NCBI GenBank assembly: GCA_963675595.2
Contig: CAXXLZ010000001.1
Location: 224,001 to 288,000, forward strand
Direction: 5' to 3'
DNA from: Thermodesulfobacteriota bacterium
GTDB lineage: Bacteria > Desulfobacterota > Desulfarculia > JACQYL01
Length of the DNA stretch: 64,000 bases
A program made the position numbers and the translations under genes. This document shows, in pieces, positions 60,556 through 64,000 of the stretch; positions within the stretch are counted from its first letter, which is position 1; every line of letters begins with the position of its first letter. The notes under the pieces were generated by a model. It was given only the letters and a program-made list of their open reading frames with translations. It searched no databases and was not told the DNA's origin.

Positions 60556-60604
60556 AAAAAAGGCCACGGGCTTCCCGCTTCTGCGGGAGACGCCTTCGTG
60601 GCCT
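60556..60604 (-). terminator. Intrinsic terminator in the leader of DUF3842-cooT
   Basis: Minus strand AGGCCACGAAGGCGTCTCCCGCAGAAGCGGGAAGCCCGTGGCCTTTTTT. Confidence 0.7.
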
Positions 60605-61217
60605 CATAAGGGCAACTATTCGCCTTGCCCGACAAAAAGGCGGGCAGGCGGTTTGCCTATTCTTTCTCGAAAAATCCGAGGAAAAAATGTTCGCAACGGA
60701 TTTCGAAGCGGAATACTTTCCGCCGAGCACAACTTCCAATTGTGCTTTTCTACTCCATTAGAAAATTGAGAAGGATCTTGTCAAGGAAAACGGCCGAGTT
60801 TCGTAAAGGATATCCGGAAAAAAGTGCGGGGTATCGGTATATTAATCCGTCAAGCCGGAATTTCGTAAATACGTATCTCGCGGATTGCGCGCTCGCCGGC
60901 ATTGAGGCGTTTATCGTTCCCAACCCGTAGGTTGGATCGTTGCCCATCAGGCCTTGCATCGCCACCGGAACCGTTCTCAGGAGGTCGCGGCGGATGACTC
61001 GGTCGGGCAAGTCCGGCAGCCGATCCTATCAACCGGAAGATCAAGCCCGCCGCTCCGCGTGGGGTGACTTTTCCCCGGTTCGAGGGTATACCGGTGGCAA
61101 CGAGGTGGAGGAGGGAGCCGGAACTTGCACGAGGAGTCTGCGGGTCGGACGGCGGAAGCGCATCAAATTTGCAGGGTCGGAAGCACGTCTGAGCGGAGAT
61201 GATAAAGGGAGGGAGAC

Positions 61218-62999
61218 GTGGTTTTGAAAGCGAAATCCTTTACGATGCCGTTGACGATTTTATTGGTGATCGCGATTTCACACGGATCGGCGGCAGGCGC
61301 GGGCGACTACTACGCTGATCTCGACGTGCCTTACGGAGATGCGTTTCTTGTCACGGAACTCAGGACCTTTTTGACCGACGATCCGTCGGAAACACCTCCC
61401 GATTGCGATAATGACGACGTGGATCTGTACGAGAACATGGTTTCCTATAATGTGAGAAACATGGATATCTATTATCCAAAGGGAGGTGCCAGTTCTCGGA
61501 AGGTGGTGTTTTTCGTTCACGGGGGCGGTTGGGAGGGAGGCTACAAAGAATGGTACTCTTTTGTGCCCACGGTTTTCACCGGTGAAAAAGGGTGGGTGAC
61601 CGTGGTCGTGAACTACAGGCTGGTTTCCGACGAAACGTTCAAGGCCGAAACCTGTCCGACCCGAGAAAGCTGCGAAGGAGAAAACGCTCCCGATCCCTGG
61701 GGGAAGGCGGGAATCCCTCCTCAGTACACCGAGAATTCGAAAGCGTCCTGGTATCCTGATAATCTGGACGACGTGGCCGACGCTTTTGCATGGGTGCTTT
61801 CCCACATCGGAGAATCTCCCTATTTCGGCAATCCGGATGAACTCTTCCTGCTCGGACACTCTGCCGGGGCGCATCTGGTTTCGCTCCTGGCGGTGCATCC
61901 CGATTATGCACACCTTCGTCCCATGATGCGCGGTGTCGTGTCCATGAGCGGCCTCTATCAACTGGACCACCTGAATCCGGCTTCCTATGCGGATATGTTG
62001 GACCAGTTATTCAAGGGGTGCGGGCACAAAGGGGAACTTCCTTGTTCCAAAACCGTTCTTGATGAGGCTTCCCCCCTGTTCTACATTGAGTCCGGAGTGA
62101 CGCCGCCGCCTTTCCTTGTGATATATTCCGAGGTGGAACTTCCGGACATGACCGCTCAAGCCGTCGTTTTCGAGGACGCGCTTTCCGATGGAGGGCATGA
62201 TGTGACGGGCGTCTACCTTTCCGGTTTCACTCATGTTACCGAAATGATGGCCGTTGAATACACCTCGGACAACGAACCCGTGACGGCTTCCACAGGGGAG
62301 CCCGGGAGTTGCATGGAAGATTTCGGCCCCAACCCAAAACCGGAAAGGTATCGGAACCCCACGGACCGGATCATCGCCTGGATCGAGTCCAAGTCCCCGA
62401 CCCTCGTGCCGGAGCCCGGAAACGGCATATGGAAGACCCCGGAAGGGCTGTCCTTTTATGTACAGAAATACGAAACCGGGAGCAGCGTTGTGGTGTTCAC
62501 GCTCGATGGTGTCGAGTTCGCGGCTTTTCTGGATGAAAACGTGGCCGACGGTATTGATGTTTCCAACGACGTGGGGGGCCGAGGATACTCGTTGACTTTC
62601 ACTCCGAGCGATTCGGAAAACGGTTGGATGAGCGTGAGCTCCGGGGCGGGTTCGTTCTCAGGTTCGGTAGTCCTTCAATTTCCCTCCCTTGCGGAAGCCC
62701 CCTCGGGTTTCACTCCGCCTGCCGACGGAATCTGGAAGTCGGACGACGGCGTGGCTTCCTATCTCCAGAATTATGAAGGAGAGAGCTGCATCTTGTTGCT
62801 TACTCTCGACGGTGTAAATTTCACGGCGTTCCATGATCCGTATTGCGGCGACGGTGTTTCCGCAAACAACGACGTGGGTGGGCGTGGATACTCCATGAGC
62901 CTCGAGCTGGACGACGCCGAGCATGGTCGTCTACTGGCGACGGGGGCCGCCGGGGAGACTGCGAGGGACATTTCACTGCTCTTCGCGGCCGCACCCTGA
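61218..62999 (+). CDS. Secreted alpha/beta hydrolase (HSL/BD-FAE-like esterase) with tandem C-terminal repeat domains
   Basis: Signal peptide, FVHGGGW oxyanion motif, VNYRL, GHSAG nucleophile and probable catalytic His in FTHV. Confidence 0.88.
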   Translation: MVLKAKSFTMPLTILLVIAISHGSAAGAGDYYADLDVPYGDAFLVTELRTFLTDDPSETPPDCDNDDVDLYENMVSYNVRNMDIYYPKGGASSRKVVFFVHGGGWEGGYKEWYSFVPTVFTGEKGWVTVVVNYRLVSDETFKAETCPTRESCEGENAPDPWGKAGIPPQYTENSKASWYPDNLDDVADAFAWVLSHIGESPYFGNPDELFLLGHSAGAHLVSLLAVHPDYAHLRPMMRGVVSMSGLYQLDHLNPASYADMLDQLFKGCGHKGELPCSKTVLDEASPLFYIESGVTPPPFLVIYSEVELPDMTAQAVVFEDALSDGGHDVTGVYLSGFTHVTEMMAVEYTSDNEPVTASTGEPGSCMEDFGPNPKPERYRNPTDRIIAWIESKSPTLVPEPGNGIWKTPEGLSFYVQKYETGSSVVVFTLDGVEFAAFLDENVADGIDVSNDVGGRGYSLTFTPSDSENGWMSVSSGAGSFSGSVVLQFPSLAEAPSGFTPPADGIWKSDDGVASYLQNYEGESCILLLTLDGVNFTAFHDPYCGDGVSANNDVGGRGYSMSLELDDAEHGRLLATGAAGETARDISLLFAAAP

Positions 63000-63234
63000 T
63001 TGCGTGATTGAGGAATTCGATTCACCCGTCGATGATGAACGGCCTGCCGTTTCCCATCATCTCCGTACCGCCATCGAGTCGCGTCCAAAACGTCCTTGTT
63101 TCTTGGCAGGTCTTCAAGCGAGCCTTCTATTCGGAGGAGTGCGAGGCGTCACTCGGCTGTGGGAAACCCGGAAAGGAGTGAAACGACCTTCGCTACTTCG
63201 GCGGCGGTTCTTGCCGGATTCGGGAAAGAGGCCT

Positions 63235-63699
63235 TCATTCCCGGGGGAAGCATAGGAGATCGGGCTTGCCGATCATGGCCATCATGGTCATAAGCGACAC
63301 GGCGCACAGCTGTTCCCGCTCCCCCTTTACGGCGTAAACTTCCGAACGACAGATGGTCAATGTCCGTCCCGCCTTCAGCACTTTCGATCGGGCCGTGAGC
63401 CGCTCTCCATCGCCGGGCGCCATGAGGTTGAGTTTGTACTCGACGGTGAGTACCGAGGAGTCCTCCGGCATCAGGCTGTAGGCGGCATATCCCCCCGCAT
63501 TGTCCGCCAGGGTTCCAATAATGCCGGCATGAAAATACCCGTGCTGCTGGGACAGCTCCCTACGGTAGTCTACCTGGATTTCGCAGAAGCCGGGTTCCAC
63601 CGTGACCAGTCGCGCGCCGATCAAGTGCATGAATCCTTGACGATGGAAACTGTCTCTCACACGCTGAGCGAATCCCGGATCCTTGGGTTCATAAGACAT
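63235..63699 (-). CDS. PaaI family thioesterase
   Basis: QQHGYFHAGIIGTLADNAGGYAA, VLTVEYKLNLMAP and KAGRTL. Confidence 0.93.
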   Translation of the reverse strand: MSYEPKDPGFAQRVRDSFHRQGFMHLIGARLVTVEPGFCEIQVDYRRELSQQHGYFHAGIIGTLADNAGGYAAYSLMPEDSSVLTVEYKLNLMAPGDGERLTARSKVLKAGRTLTICRSEVYAVKGEREQLCAVSLMTMMAMIGKPDLLCFPRE

Positions 63700-64000
63700 T
63701 CGGAGTCTCCTGGAGCGTGCAGGTGTTGGTTTGTTGCGGACGCGGCCTGCTTTTTTCGATAGGATAGGTCGGTAAACGGTTTGCATGCGACGCTGAACCG
63801 CCGTTTCATGCGTCCGCATTTTATCCACTGCACGGGTCGAGAAATCTTCGCGCCGGCGAAGATGAACCATCTTATAGAGGACCAAGCCTTGTGAAAAGGG
63901 AATACTGGCTCGTTCTTTTCTTCGCTCTGGGTCCGTGGCTGGTTTCAGGGGCTTGTACCAGCGAGGGGGACGCCGCGAGAAAAACGCTGGAAGAGCGAGG

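Overview
About 58-60% GC chromosomal DNA whose gene content suggests Desulfobacterota/deltaproteobacteria (inference). No rRNA, tRNA, CRISPR array or intact transposase was seen. In order, the window holds: a livKHMGF branched-chain ABC operon; a 13-kb LacI-led catabolic operon of unknown substrate (cyclase, non-canonical HisD/HpsN-like dehydrogenase, SDR, second Liv-type ABC system, Tm-1-like/UPF0261 protein, MBL lactonase, class II aldolase, GlcG, 3-hydroxyacid dehydrogenase); DsbA-like protein, MFS, purF, hisF, CNNM, tamAB and a secreted beta-propeller protein; a signalling locus (ABC_sub_bind protein, HAMP kinase, duplicated stand-alone receiver, sigma-54 activator, TonB-dependent receptor); MCP, methyltransferase, mprF, glgP and a P1 peptidase; a FecR-TPR-barrel plus CHASE2 adenylate cyclase pair; RHH-like protein, zinc-ribbon ParA, HDOD, DUF3842-cooT, a secreted hydrolase and a PaaI thioesterase. 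The best novelty candidates are (1) an unannotated ~110-nt sigma-54/IHF-driven small RNA at 33193-33303 directly upstream of the sigma-54 signalling locus, (2) a terminator-containing double-hairpin leader upstream of DUF3842-cooT, and (3) the orphan HisD-homologue catabolic operon. All calls come from reading motifs by eye; no database searches were run.
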